Source: Clostridia bacterium (GTDB lineage Bacteria; Bacillota; Clostridia; Christensenellales; UBA1242). From it: a DNA stretch of 51,576 nt. The position numbers and the translations under genes were made by a program. Below are positions 34,552 through 43,507 of the stretch, in pieces; position 1 is the first letter of the stretch, and each line of letters opens with the position of its first letter. The stretch covers positions 1-51,576 of the forward strand of contig JAGBBH010000079.1 of assembly GCA_017938505.1 (NCBI GenBank), written 5' to 3'. The notes beneath the pieces are model-generated. The model was not told the origin of the DNA. It was given only the letters and a program-made list of their open reading frames with translations, and searched no databases.

Positions 34552-35298
34552 TCACTCTACTTTTGAAAACTCTTGAACTTTTTTGTTGCCTATTTTCATT
34601 TTTAATTTTCCCAATTTTCTTGAAGAAGTTTGCAAACTCGCTTTTAACAGCAAATTTTCATTTTTAATTTTTTCATATTCTTGCTTTAACCCTTCAATTT
34701 CCAAATTCTTTTTATTTAGTTTTTCCTCAGACTCTCTCAATTTTTCTTCAACTTTTTCTTTTTCATTTTTTTCTTCTTCAATAAAATTCTCAATTGCCGT
34801 TTTCTTTATTAATTTTACAACTCCCATAACAAGACTGTTTAAATCGTTTTCATTGATAATTTTTTCTTTTTTTTGAAAAATCACTATATTTTTTGCATTT
34901 TTTATGGATTTTTTCTTAATATTTTGATATTTATTTTGAAGTCTTGTCATTTTTGACAAATCTCCTTGTGCAAGTTTCTGACAAGCAGCTCTTACAGAAT
35001 AGCCATTTTTTCTTAACATTTCTATTTCTTTTACAAGACTTTCACAATCACCTTTCTCGAATGTTTTAAAATGATTTTTTTTATGCATTTCAAGATTTAT
35101 CCCTAGCCTTTTTTGCCTGCAACCATCTTTAACCAAATTGTCAACTTCCATGTAATAATAATTTCTGACACTGTTTGGTTTTCTTGCATACCTTTGTGCA
35201 TGCAAAACAAATGCTTTTTTTATTCCCTCCTTTCTTTTTTTACACTCCTCAACCTTTGAAAACAAAAACTTTACTTCATCATCATTCCAAATCTTCAT
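34552..35298 (-). CDS. Myb/SANT-like (RsfA-like?) N-terminal domain protein with coiled-coil tail, 248 aa
   Basis: The start was moved to ATG 35298 (MKIWNDDEV...), which has GGAGG upstream. The pattern W.DDE...L...V.......  ..AF...A....R...SVRNYY resembles a Myb-like repeat. The C-terminus is K/E-rich. Confidence 0.5.
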   Translation of the reverse strand: MKIWNDDEVKFLFSKVEECKKRKEGIKKAFVLHAQRYARKPNSVRNYYYMEVDNLVKDGCRQKRLGINLEMHKKNHFKTFEKGDCESLVKEIEMLRKNGYSVRAACQKLAQGDLSKMTRLQNKYQNIKKKSIKNAKNIVIFQKKEKIINENDLNSLVMGVVKLIKKTAIENFIEEEKNEKEKVEEKLRESEEKLNKKNLEIEGLKQEYEKIKNENLLLKASLQTSSRKLGKLKMKIGNKKVQEFSKVE

Positions 35299-35428
35299 AA
35301 TTACCTCCAAAAGCATTTTTGACACTATAAACTTTTCATAACCTGAAAAAAGATAATATAATTTGCAACATTTTGTCAGATATAATTGTTTACAAGCATA
35401 AAACATTTCTCTGTTCATAAAATCTTAT

Positions 35429-36301
35429 ATGAAACATTTCCTTGTGGCAACATATCCTTGCCTTGTCAAAACCATAAACCAACAATTTGAACTTGACCTT
35501 AATGACCAAATTGAAATTGAAAACGAGCAGTTCATTTTTATTTATCCTCTTGATTGTTCAACACTTCCATTTTGTATCAACTTCAACACTTGCAAAGAAA
35601 ATCGTTTTTTTTCGTTTATTAAAAAAAATGAAAAAACTTATATAATTTTAGAAAAACAAAGTTCTTTTTCTGTAACACACAAAGAAATTCTTAAATTTAA
35701 TGATAAAATTTGCACCATTGAAATTAACAATCATAAAATTGCGTTTGAAACAGACAAAAAGAAATGTGAACACTTTTGTTTTCACAGCATACAGAATTAT
35801 AAAGTTTCAAAAATAAAAAACTTTGCTTATCTTCAACTTGAAAATGAATGTTTTCTTTTTTCAATGACAACCGAAAAATTGACACACATTCTAGGAAGTT
35901 CGTTTGATTTGCAGAACGACAAAATCACTTTTGAAAAACATTTTTTTGACAGTCAAGGTAGAACAAAAATACAAAAACTTGAAATTGAAGAGGAAGGAAT
36001 TTTGATGAAAGAAGAAAGAATGATTTATAACAAAAAAACACCCTCTCGCAGAGAGTTTGTTTCTTTTAAGTTCATGGAAAGCATAAGGGCAAAAGATTTT
36101 GATTTTGCACACACATTACTTTGCAAAAAGCTTCAGGAAAGCGTCAACAAAGAAAACCTGCAAACTTTTTTCGGAAACATTTCTTTTTTTGTCTTTCTGG
36201 AAGAAAATCAATTTCTTTGTTTTTCTCAAAACTCAAAAAATTTTGTGTCTTTTGCAGTTGAACACAATGAAATTCAAGACATAACTTTGGACTCCCTATA
36301 A
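35429..36301 (+). CDS. Hypothetical protein, 290 aa
   Basis: Long ORF with no Shine-Dalgarno. TAAAAT lies 5 nt upstream of the ATG, so a leaderless transcript is possible. No family recognised. Confidence 0.45.
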   Translation: MKHFLVATYPCLVKTINQQFELDLNDQIEIENEQFIFIYPLDCSTLPFCINFNTCKENRFFSFIKKNEKTYIILEKQSSFSVTHKEILKFNDKICTIEINNHKIAFETDKKKCEHFCFHSIQNYKVSKIKNFAYLQLENECFLFSMTTEKLTHILGSSFDLQNDKITFEKHFFDSQGRTKIQKLEIEEEGILMKEERMIYNKKTPSRREFVSFKFMESIRAKDFDFAHTLLCKKLQESVNKENLQTFFGNISFFVFLEENQFLCFSQNSKNFVSFAVEHNEIQDITLDSL

Positions 36302-36304
36302 AAA

Positions 36305-37033
36305 TTAAGACAAAATCCCCAGAAGTTTCAATTTTTTGTCAAAGTGGCACTCAAAATTTTTGACAAGAATTTTTAACAATTCAAATTCACTGTTTTGTGC
36401 AAGTTTTATTGTGTCAAGTTTCTCAAATGATGTTTCACTCAAAATTTTCAACGCCGAAAAACAAGCCCCCGACAATTCTTGACTGTCAAAGTTTTTGCAA
36501 TTATTACAAACAATTTCCCCATTTGGAAAATTAATGTAATGCTTCAAAAACGACTTCGACTTGCAACATGTACAGATTTCACTATACAACGGAAAACCTG
36601 AAAGTTTGAACACTTCCAAGAAAAATTTGTTCAAAACATAAAGAGTTTGACACTTTGCAAAACAAATCCGCATCAACGACTTGAGAACAAGCACAAAAAT
36701 CGCCTGAACTTCCTCTAAATTTGAAAAATCGTAAGCATACACCATTTCCAAAATTGAAGTTGCTTCAAAATATTTGTCCACATCTTCTGAAATCTCGTGA
36801 AAAGTTTCCTTTGCCTCAAATGATGTTACAACATATCCAGCCTTGCCTTCTTCAAGAATAAATTCGCCAAAACAAAAAGGACTTTTTGCCAATTTCATCT
36901 TTGCCCCGGCACTTTTAACCCCTCTTAATGTCGCCCAAACTTTCCCTTTTTCAAGAGAAAAAAGAAGAATAGATTTATCCTTCTCTTTCCTGTCGTTTGA
37001 CTTTATTACAATTGCTTGAATTTTCTCCGCCAT
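36305..37033 (-). CDS. recO: DNA repair protein RecO
   Basis: The N-terminal OB-fold pattern is IVIKS.D..E.D..I.LFS.E.GKV.A..RGVK. The C-terminal zinc motif is CTCC....(x n)...CNNC. The ATG overlaps the stop of the upstream yqzL-like ORF. Confidence 0.85.
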   Translation of the reverse strand: MAEKIQAIVIKSNDRKEKDKSILLFSLEKGKVWATLRGVKSAGAKMKLAKSPFCFGEFILEEGKAGYVVTSFEAKETFHEISEDVDKYFEATSILEMVYAYDFSNLEEVQAIFVLVLKSLMRICFAKCQTLYVLNKFFLEVFKLSGFPLYSEICTCCKSKSFLKHYINFPNGEIVCNNCKNFDSQELSGACFSALKILSETSFEKLDTIKLAQNSEFELLKILVKNFECHFDKKLKLLGILS

Positions 37034-37191
37034 TAAATTTCCTTATCTTTTGTTTTTCTAAACTCTTTTTCTCGCACAGCATTTCTCTCTCGAACAATTT
37101 CTTGCACGAGGTAAGGGTTGCCACCAGACAACTTAAACATTTCCCAATTCAATTCTTCGTCGATGTTTTGAAATGTCTTAAACTTTTGCAT
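37033..37191 (-). CDS. YqzL-like small protein, 52 aa
   Basis: The start was moved to ATG 37191, which has AAGGAGG upstream. LNWEMFKLSGGNPYLVQEIVRE resembles the YqzL pattern (W.VF..TGNIDTYLL.KE.E). Its position directly upstream of recO matches Bacillus. Confidence 0.55.
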   Translation of the reverse strand: MQKFKTFQNIDEELNWEMFKLSGGNPYLVQEIVRERNAVREKEFRKTKDKEI

Positions 37192-37317
37192 AGGCACCTC
37201 CTTAATTAATGTGTGCAAAGCACTCACTTATATTCTTATTGTAAATGAAGCAGAAACAAAAAATCAAACAATTTTGAAGAAAAATTTTTTATAGCCTCGA
37301 TTTTTTTGTTAAAGTCC

Positions 37318-37809
37318 CTAAACTCGAACAACATATAAACTTACTAAACTAAATGTAGCATTTTGTTCGCCAAGGTCCACAATTTCTAGTATTGAGCCCT
37401 CCACAATGCCAAATAAAACAGTTTGCGACAGGTTTTTAACCTCTCCACTTTGGCCACTTTGAACCAATCTTGTGCCGGCAATCTCCTGACCATTAAGGCG
37501 AAGCCCAACCGAAATCTCTCCATCTTCTAAAAGTCTTCCTTGTGCAAAATAGGTTATTTGATATGTTCCCGCACTTAAAAGCACTCCGCCAGCTGAAGTC
37601 GAACTAACTCCTGCCCCTTGCGACATAACCGCTACAAGCGGAATGCTTTCATTTTGCGAATAAGTTGCAATTGAGGTGTTGTTAAAAAAACCAAAACTGC
37701 CTTGCACAACAGGATTGACAACTTCATTTTTAGAACATTCCAACCTTTGACAACAAAATATTGGTCTTGGATGATTTCTACAACAACAGTTAACTTTTCT
37801 TTGAGGCAT
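37318..37809 (-). CDS. C1q/TNF-like beta-sandwich protein (BclA C-terminal-domain-like) with Cys-rich N-terminus, 163 aa
   Basis: The start was moved to ATG 37809, which has GGAGAA upstream. The N-terminus reads CCCRNHPRPIFCC. The body matches the BclA-C-like pattern (IPL......G.GV.......VLLSAGTYQITY....... ISVGLRLNGQEIAGT.......LSQTVLF....GSILEIV). Confidence 0.5.
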   Translation of the reverse strand: MPQRKVNCCCRNHPRPIFCCQRLECSKNEVVNPVVQGSFGFFNNTSIATYSQNESIPLVAVMSQGAGVSSTSAGGVLLSAGTYQITYFAQGRLLEDGEISVGLRLNGQEIAGTRLVQSGQSGEVKNLSQTVLFGIVEGSILEIVDLGEQNATFSLVSLYVVRV

Positions 37810-38156
37810 AATATTTCTCCACAGCAATCAAAAGGTTGCCTTATTATATAATACTAGCAATCCAATAATTTTGACACAGTTTTTGAATTTTCAAAATAAG
37901 CACAAATTCTTTATATTTTGACGAAATTCAACATTTTATATAACATAATGTTTATTAGAAGTTAAAATATGGATTTTCTAAGCTGTAATATTTTTTTAAA
38001 GATTTACTGAAAATATATAATTTTAATTGTCTTTTATTCAAATTCTTTGCTATAATAACAGTCGAGATTGCATAGTGTTTATTTTTAAACTTTTCTTTCG
38101 TTGTTTTTAAATTTACACTACTCAAAGCAACCTCTTTTTAAATTTTAGGAGTTGTA

Positions 38157-38984
38157 ATGATAAGAATTTTTGTTGACTCATGTAGCAGTATAAAACAAAC
38201 TGAAAAAGAAAAATATGGAGTTGAAATCATTCCTCTTCGATATTTGATGGGCGAGGTTGAATATAGAGATGACATCGACTTGTCCATTGACGAATTTTAT
38301 AAACTTATGATTGAAGAAAAATTGTTCCCCAAAACCTCGCTGCCAGAACTTTCTGAACTTGAAACAAAGGTTAATTCTTTCACAGAAAATGGTGATGATG
38401 TGCTTATAATCACCCTCTCATCGAACCTTTCAGGAACTTACAGCGCAATCAGCACGCTTTTTGGTGAAAACAAAAAAGTTGCTGTAATAGATTCTCTCAC
38501 AGCTGTTGGAGGTATGAGAATCTTGGTTGAGGAAGCAATCAAAAACAAAGACAAACCCTTGTCGGAGATTGTTGAAATTTTAAATGCTCTCGTTCCAAGA
38601 ATTAAGATTCTTGCAATCCCAGAAACTCTAGCTTATTTGCACAGAGGTGGAAGACTTTCCAAAGCAGACTATTTGCTTGGAAGCATTTTATCAATTAAAC
38701 CCGTCATTTCTCTGCCTAATGGTTCCGTTAAGGTTTTGGCAAAGAAAATTGGACTTAAGGCATCTATGAGTTATATCGCTAATTGTTTAAAAACTATGAA
38801 ATGCGATAAAAACTATCCTATCATTCCAAGTTACACATATAAACCTAACAATCTGGAAAAACTAATTGAAATGACTGACAAAGCATTTCACCCTCAAATG
38901 ACTGAATTTGACAATCTTGACCCAGTTATCGCTTGCCACTGGGGACCAAATGCATTTGGCTATATCTTTGTAAGTAAGGAGTAA
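38157..38984 (+). CDS. DegV family fatty-acid-binding protein, 275 aa
   Basis: Family motifs are I.VDS.S .....I.IPL, TS.P, LSS.LSGTY and RGGRLSKA. Confidence 0.85.
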   Translation: MIRIFVDSCSSIKQTEKEKYGVEIIPLRYLMGEVEYRDDIDLSIDEFYKLMIEEKLFPKTSLPELSELETKVNSFTENGDDVLIITLSSNLSGTYSAISTLFGENKKVAVIDSLTAVGGMRILVEEAIKNKDKPLSEIVEILNALVPRIKILAIPETLAYLHRGGRLSKADYLLGSILSIKPVISLPNGSVKVLAKKIGLKASMSYIANCLKTMKCDKNYPIIPSYTYKPNNLEKLIEMTDKAFHPQMTEFDNLDPVIACHWGPNAFGYIFVSKE

Positions 38985-38991
38985 TTTACCA

Positions 38992-39870
38992 ATGAAAAAA
39001 ATCAGAATTATCACCGATTCTAACTCAGGAATTTCTCAAGCAGAAGCAAAACAACTTGGAATTTTTGTTATCCCTATGCCTTTCACCGTCAATGGAGAGG
39101 AATTTCTGGAAGAAATTTCAATGTCTCAAGAAAAGTTTTATGAACTGCTTGCTCAAAATGCAGATGTAACAACCTCTCAACCATCTCAGTTCTATTTGGA
39201 AGAACTTTGGACAGAAGAACTTAAAAGTTATGATGAAATCCTCTACATACCCATGTCAAGCGGACTGAGTGCAACCTGCGAAAATGCAAAGCGGTATGCG
39301 GAAAATTTTGATGGAAAAGTTTTCGTTGTTGACAACCTGAGAATTTCAATAACACAAAAAGAAAGTGTTATGGAAGCAATTGCATTGCTTAAAATGGGCA
39401 GAACCGCAAGCGAAATCAAGGGCTATTTGGAAAGCACAAAAGACAAAAACTCAATTTACATAACTGTTGGCACTTTGAAATATCTTAAAAAAGGCGGAAG
39501 GATTTCCGCTGCAGCAGCACTCCTTGGTTCAATGCTCAACGCAAAACCAATTCTCAGTTCAAGAGGATTGAAGTTTGAAAAATATGGCCTTGTGCTTGCT
39601 CTTTCACAAGCAAAAAAGAAAATGATTGAAAAAATCAGAAGCGAACTTCAAACTGAATTCAAACAAGAATACGACGAAGGAAGAATGGTTCTTTCAATTG
39701 CACATACAAAAAATGAAAAAGAAGCCGAAAAATTTAAAAACGAAGTCCTTAAAGAATTTCCAAAACTTTCTTTTCACTTCGTTGACCCTCTTTCACTCAG
39801 CGTTGCTTGCCATATTGGTCCTGGTTCGCTGGCACTTGCAATCTCTGTCAATAACTTCCAAACATTATAA
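38992..39870 (+). CDS. DegV family fatty-acid-binding protein (tandem paralog), 292 aa
   Basis: Family motifs are IITDS.SGIS, TSQPS, MSSGLSATC and KKGGRISAAAALLGS. Confidence 0.85.
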   Translation: MKKIRIITDSNSGISQAEAKQLGIFVIPMPFTVNGEEFLEEISMSQEKFYELLAQNADVTTSQPSQFYLEELWTEELKSYDEILYIPMSSGLSATCENAKRYAENFDGKVFVVDNLRISITQKESVMEAIALLKMGRTASEIKGYLESTKDKNSIYITVGTLKYLKKGGRISAAAALLGSMLNAKPILSSRGLKFEKYGLVLALSQAKKKMIEKIRSELQTEFKQEYDEGRMVLSIAHTKNEKEAEKFKNEVLKEFPKLSFHFVDPLSLSVACHIGPGSLALAISVNNFQTL

Positions 39871-39887
39871 ATTTAATAAATTTTTTA

Positions 39888-39918
39888 AAGATGCTTACAA
39901 AAAAGCGTCTTTTTCTTT
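39888..39918 (+). terminator. Rho-independent terminator
   Basis: Stem AAGATGCTT/AAGCGTCTT (9 bp including one G-T pair), followed by TTTTCTTT. Confidence 0.55.
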
Positions 39919-39939
39919 CAATTTGACAATAATTCCCCC

Positions 39940-39968
39940 TTGAATTATCTACAATTGTGTGCTATAAT
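39940..39968 (+). promoter_or_regulatory. Sigma-70 promoter
   Basis: TTGAAT (39940-39945), a 17-nt spacer, then TGc-TATAAT (-10 at 39963-39968). An AGGAGAA RBS precedes the ATG at 40001. Confidence 0.5.
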
Positions 39969-40000
39969 GAAATTAATTATAAAAATTTTAGGAGAATCAA

Positions 40001-41050
40001 ATGGAAATCAGCGTTAGACTTAACGAAGTTAAACTTGCTCGTATGCAAGAAAGTTTATCTGCCCTTCAAAAAAGAGGAATGGGCTTTGCGGGAAAATATA
40101 TTGACCACGAAACATATACAAACAAACATACAAATTCTCACTATGGTTCTAGTTTTGTCGAAAGAGATGTCGCAGACAAACTTGAAAGAATTGCAGTTGA
40201 AACCGAAATTGCAAAAGAATTTGAATTCCTTTCAAGAGATGTTGCCGCTTGTGGAACAGCAAAAGAAATTGAACGACTTCAAATTATGGTAATTGGTGCA
40301 ATTGAAGCCTGTGTTTGCAAAGGTTATTTAGATGTTGCAACAACTCTTGTAAAGAACCTCGCAAACGGAAAATTTGAAAATGAAGAGAATAAAATTGTCG
40401 CAAGAGATGAATTCGTCAGAAGTTTTCTTGAATCAATTGTATATGCTTATGCAAAAATGACCCGACAATGCATTAAGCGTCCTAGCGAAATTGTAACATT
40501 GAGTGGCAGACTTAACTTGCCAGTGTCAGTTAGAAATGTAGAAACCCTCAACAAGAAAACTCGTGAAATTGTTTCAAAGTGGCAAGCACAACACCCTTCT
40601 ACTCGTTCCGTACTTTCAAAAACTGAACTTGATGACATTGAGGCAGGAAAACAACTCTCTCAACTTACGAAAGACAGACTCGAACTTGAAATGCAACTTC
40701 AAGAAGTGATTGACAAGCACACCCCATTTTGCAAAAAAGTTGACAGACTTTTAGGTGATGTTTATTCAGGCTTTTTTGGAGATTCTTTAAGGGGAGATGA
40801 TTTTCTTTACATTCATCTTGCAAAAACTTACAACAACTATATGCAAAGTTCAAACCCTAGAAACACCGCAAACAAAAACAATTCAAACTTAAAGACAATA
40901 AGTGCAAAGCCAAGCTTTGGAGTTTGGTCTGACGCAGATGAAGAAATCAGAAAATATGCGGACAAACAAAGAGTTAAAACAATGCCATTTTCAAACAAGC
41001 CAGAGGATTATTCTAAATTCAACAACTTTGGCAAAGACTTTGAAAAATAG
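40001..41050 (+). CDS. Hypothetical cytoplasmic protein, 349 aa
   Basis: Flanked by a good RBS, a promoter and a strong terminator. No TM segments and no recognisable family. Confidence 0.6.
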   Translation: MEISVRLNEVKLARMQESLSALQKRGMGFAGKYIDHETYTNKHTNSHYGSSFVERDVADKLERIAVETEIAKEFEFLSRDVAACGTAKEIERLQIMVIGAIEACVCKGYLDVATTLVKNLANGKFENEENKIVARDEFVRSFLESIVYAYAKMTRQCIKRPSEIVTLSGRLNLPVSVRNVETLNKKTREIVSKWQAQHPSTRSVLSKTELDDIEAGKQLSQLTKDRLELEMQLQEVIDKHTPFCKKVDRLLGDVYSGFFGDSLRGDDFLYIHLAKTYNNYMQSSNPRNTANKNNSNLKTISAKPSFGVWSDADEEIRKYADKQRVKTMPFSNKPEDYSKFNNFGKDFEK

Positions 41051-41060
41051 AAAAAATTAA

Positions 41061-41098
41061 AAACATTCCCTGTTAATCTTGGGAATGTTTATTTTTTT
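41061..41098 (+). terminator. Rho-independent terminator
   Basis: 10-bp stem AAACATTCCC/GGGAATGTTT with a 10-nt loop, then ATTTTTTT. Confidence 0.8.
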
Positions 41099-41145
41099 AC
41101 AAAGGATATTTTTTATGTAGTGGCAAAAACTGCCACTTAAAAAAC

Positions 41146-41586
41146 TTATTTATAGAACCTAAAACAGAACAAACCCCTCCTGCAACATCTGTTTTTGCAG
41201 TTGCATTGACAGCGGCCTTCATCTTCTTTGCTGTCCCTACATTCGTCTTTGTCAAAAATTTTGTCTTGACACTTTTCTTTCTTTGATTCATAAAATTCTT
41301 TATCTTTGTGGTCGCAACCCCATTTTGGTTGTTTCCCATATTCTTCTTCATCGTGCCATTTCAAATTGCAACAACACTCTCCGCAAAAACCGCAGCAATT
41401 TTTTGATTGTTCTTTTTTGCACTTCTTTTGTTCTTCTTTTCTTCCTTCAAAAAGGTCATTTTCAGAAAAATCTTCTTGCCAACCTCTTTTACAATCTCTG
41501 CAATTGCAGTCATCAAAATTCCACTCTTGTGGAAATCCACAACTATCGCAGCGACACTTTGAAAAATTCTTTTCAAAATCGTTCAT
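41146..41586 (-). CDS. Highly charged Cys-rich protein (22 Cys in 146 aa)
   Basis: The start was moved to ATG 41586, which has AAAGGAGAA upstream. Cys clusters include CRCDSC, CNCRDC, CCGFCGECCC and CQCNCKNRCC, set in a K/E/D-rich background. There is no signal peptide. Confidence 0.55.
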   Translation of the reverse strand: MNDFEKNFSKCRCDSCGFPQEWNFDDCNCRDCKRGWQEDFSENDLFEGRKEEQKKCKKEQSKNCCGFCGECCCNLKWHDEEEYGKQPKWGCDHKDKEFYESKKEKCQDKIFDKDECRDSKEDEGRCQCNCKNRCCRRGLFCFRFYK

Positions 41587-41783
41587 CTTCGTTCTCCTTT
41601 GTAAATGCGAACACAAAAAATTGTGTCCTATTGCATATTATTCATCTTCTGCATATAAGGTTCATTGCAAAAAATTGCCTTATATTTTTTTAAACTTTTA
41701 CAAAACTTTTACATATCAATTATGAAAAATTAATAAATTTGTGATATTATATTATAGATATATCTAAATGTAAGGAGAACTTT

Positions 41784-42455
41784 ATGACAAGTTTGCTTAT
41801 TGTTGAAGATGACGACTCATTAAGACAGTTGACTTGCGACTTTTTTAAAAACAACAACTTTCAAACTGCTCAAGCAAGAAACGGACTTGAAGCACTTGAT
41901 TTGCTAAAAAATAACAGTTACGATTTGATTTTGAGTGATATAATGATGCCTAATCTTGATGGTTTTTCTTTGCTTGAAAAAATTAGAGAAAAAGACAAAC
42001 AAGTTCCTATCGTTTTTATGACAGCAAGAGATGACAAATTTTCAAAACAACTCGGCTACAAACTTGGCGTTGACGACTATGTTGTAAAACCATTTGACCT
42101 TGATGAACTCTTGATGAAAGTTAATGCCATTTTGCGCAGAACCGCAATTAAAGAAAGTCAAAAACTCGTTTGCGGAAATTTGTTGCTTGACAGCATCGAG
42201 CACACTGCTTATCTTGACGGAAATGAATTGGCTCTTACGGTAAGAGAATTTGATTTGCTTTTTAAACTTTTGTCTTATCCAAAAAAGACTTTTACTCGTT
42301 CCCAACTTATGGAAGAATTTTGGGATTATGACTCCTCTGCAACCTCTCGAACCGTTGATGTTTATATGGCAAAACTTCGTGATAAAACCAGCAAATGTGA
42401 TGGTTTTGAAATTGTTACTGTTCACGGACTTGGTTATAAGGCGGTGCTAAAATGA
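41784..42455 (+). CDS. OmpR/PhoB-family response regulator
   Basis: The receiver domain has DD at aa 9-10, D51 in the context LILSDIMMP, and K in VVKPF. The winged-helix C-terminus reads LT.REF.LL..L...TVHGLGYK. Confidence 0.9.
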   Translation: MTSLLIVEDDDSLRQLTCDFFKNNNFQTAQARNGLEALDLLKNNSYDLILSDIMMPNLDGFSLLEKIREKDKQVPIVFMTARDDKFSKQLGYKLGVDDYVVKPFDLDELLMKVNAILRRTAIKESQKLVCGNLLLDSIEHTAYLDGNELALTVREFDLLFKLLSYPKKTFTRSQLMEEFWDYDSSATSRTVDVYMAKLRDKTSKCDGFEIVTVHGLGYKAVLK

Positions 42456-43504
42456 AAAAGAAACACAACAGTTCTATTGGAGCTTCTTTGCTTGGTTTTT
42501 TTCTTTTCTTTGCAACAATCACAATAACTTCCACAGCATCAATTTTTGTATATGACTTAGTAAACAAGGCAAGCAAAGGAAATCTCGTCGCAATCTCATT
42601 CGCCGTTTTAGGAATGATTGTTGTTGGCGCTTTTTTGTGTGTTCTTTGCGATATCGTAAGAAGAAAATATATGGTAGAAAAACCTGCAAAACAAATTTTA
42701 AATGCCACAGACCAAATTGCTTGCGGAAATTTTGATGTTAAACTTATACCACGACACGAATATTTGAAATATGACCAATATGATTTAATCTTTGAAAATA
42801 TAAACACAATGACCGCAGAACTTGCAAAGCAAAAACTTTTACACAACGATTTCATCTCAAATGTTTCTCACGAAATCAAGACCCCGCTGTCAATAATTCA
42901 AAACTATGCACAATCTTTGCAAAATTCAAATTTGTCAAACGAAAAAAAAGAAGAATATTTGCAAGGGCTGATTGCGCAAACAAAAAGGCTTTCAGATTTA
43001 ATTGCCAACATTTTAAAACTCAACAAACTTGAAAACCAGCGACTTATTCCTGAATTTTCAGAGGTAGATTTGGCCGAACTTTTGCGAATTTCAACCCTTT
43101 CATTTGAAAGTTTGTTTGAAAAAAAGAACCTTGAACTGGTTTGCGATATAGATGAAGTTAAAATGCAAACTTCTGCAACTTTGCTTGAAATTGTTTTTAA
43201 TAACCTCATCTCAAACGCAATAAAATTTACTGATAACAAAGGCAAAGTTTCTATAAGTTTGAAAGACGATAAAAACTATGCATACATTTCCGTTTCTGAC
43301 ACAGGTTGTGGAATTTCAAATGAAACAGGAAATCAAATTTTTGACAAATTCTTTCAAGGCGACACCTCTCACTCTGGCGAAGGCAATGGTCTTGGACTTG
43401 CTCTGGTTAAACAGGTCATTGACATATTGGGCGGAGAAATTTCCGTTAAAAGCAAACTTGGAGAAGGGAGCACTTTCACAATTAAACTGAAAAAGGAAAA
43501 ATAA
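42452..43504 (+). CDS. Sensor histidine kinase, intramembrane-sensing type (two TM with ~10-aa loop)
   Basis: The ATGA start overlaps the regulator's stop. H-box FISNVSHEIKTPLS, N-box NLISNAIKFT, G1 DTGCGI, G2 GNGLGLALV. Confidence 0.9.
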   Translation: MKKKHNSSIGASLLGFFLFFATITITSTASIFVYDLVNKASKGNLVAISFAVLGMIVVGAFLCVLCDIVRRKYMVEKPAKQILNATDQIACGNFDVKLIPRHEYLKYDQYDLIFENINTMTAELAKQKLLHNDFISNVSHEIKTPLSIIQNYAQSLQNSNLSNEKKEEYLQGLIAQTKRLSDLIANILKLNKLENQRLIPEFSEVDLAELLRISTLSFESLFEKKNLELVCDIDEVKMQTSATLLEIVFNNLISNAIKFTDNKGKVSISLKDDKNYAYISVSDTGCGISNETGNQIFDKFFQGDTSHSGEGNGLGLALVKQVIDILGGEISVKSKLGEGSTFTIKLKKEK

Positions 43505-43507
43505 ACT

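Noticed and set aside
41097-41725. Four alternative-frame ORFs overlapping the Cys-rich gene.
   Set aside because: Only the 41146-41586 frame has a strong RBS and a patterned Cys motif structure. The others look like frame-shadow ORFs in a stop-poor region. This is not proven without expression data.
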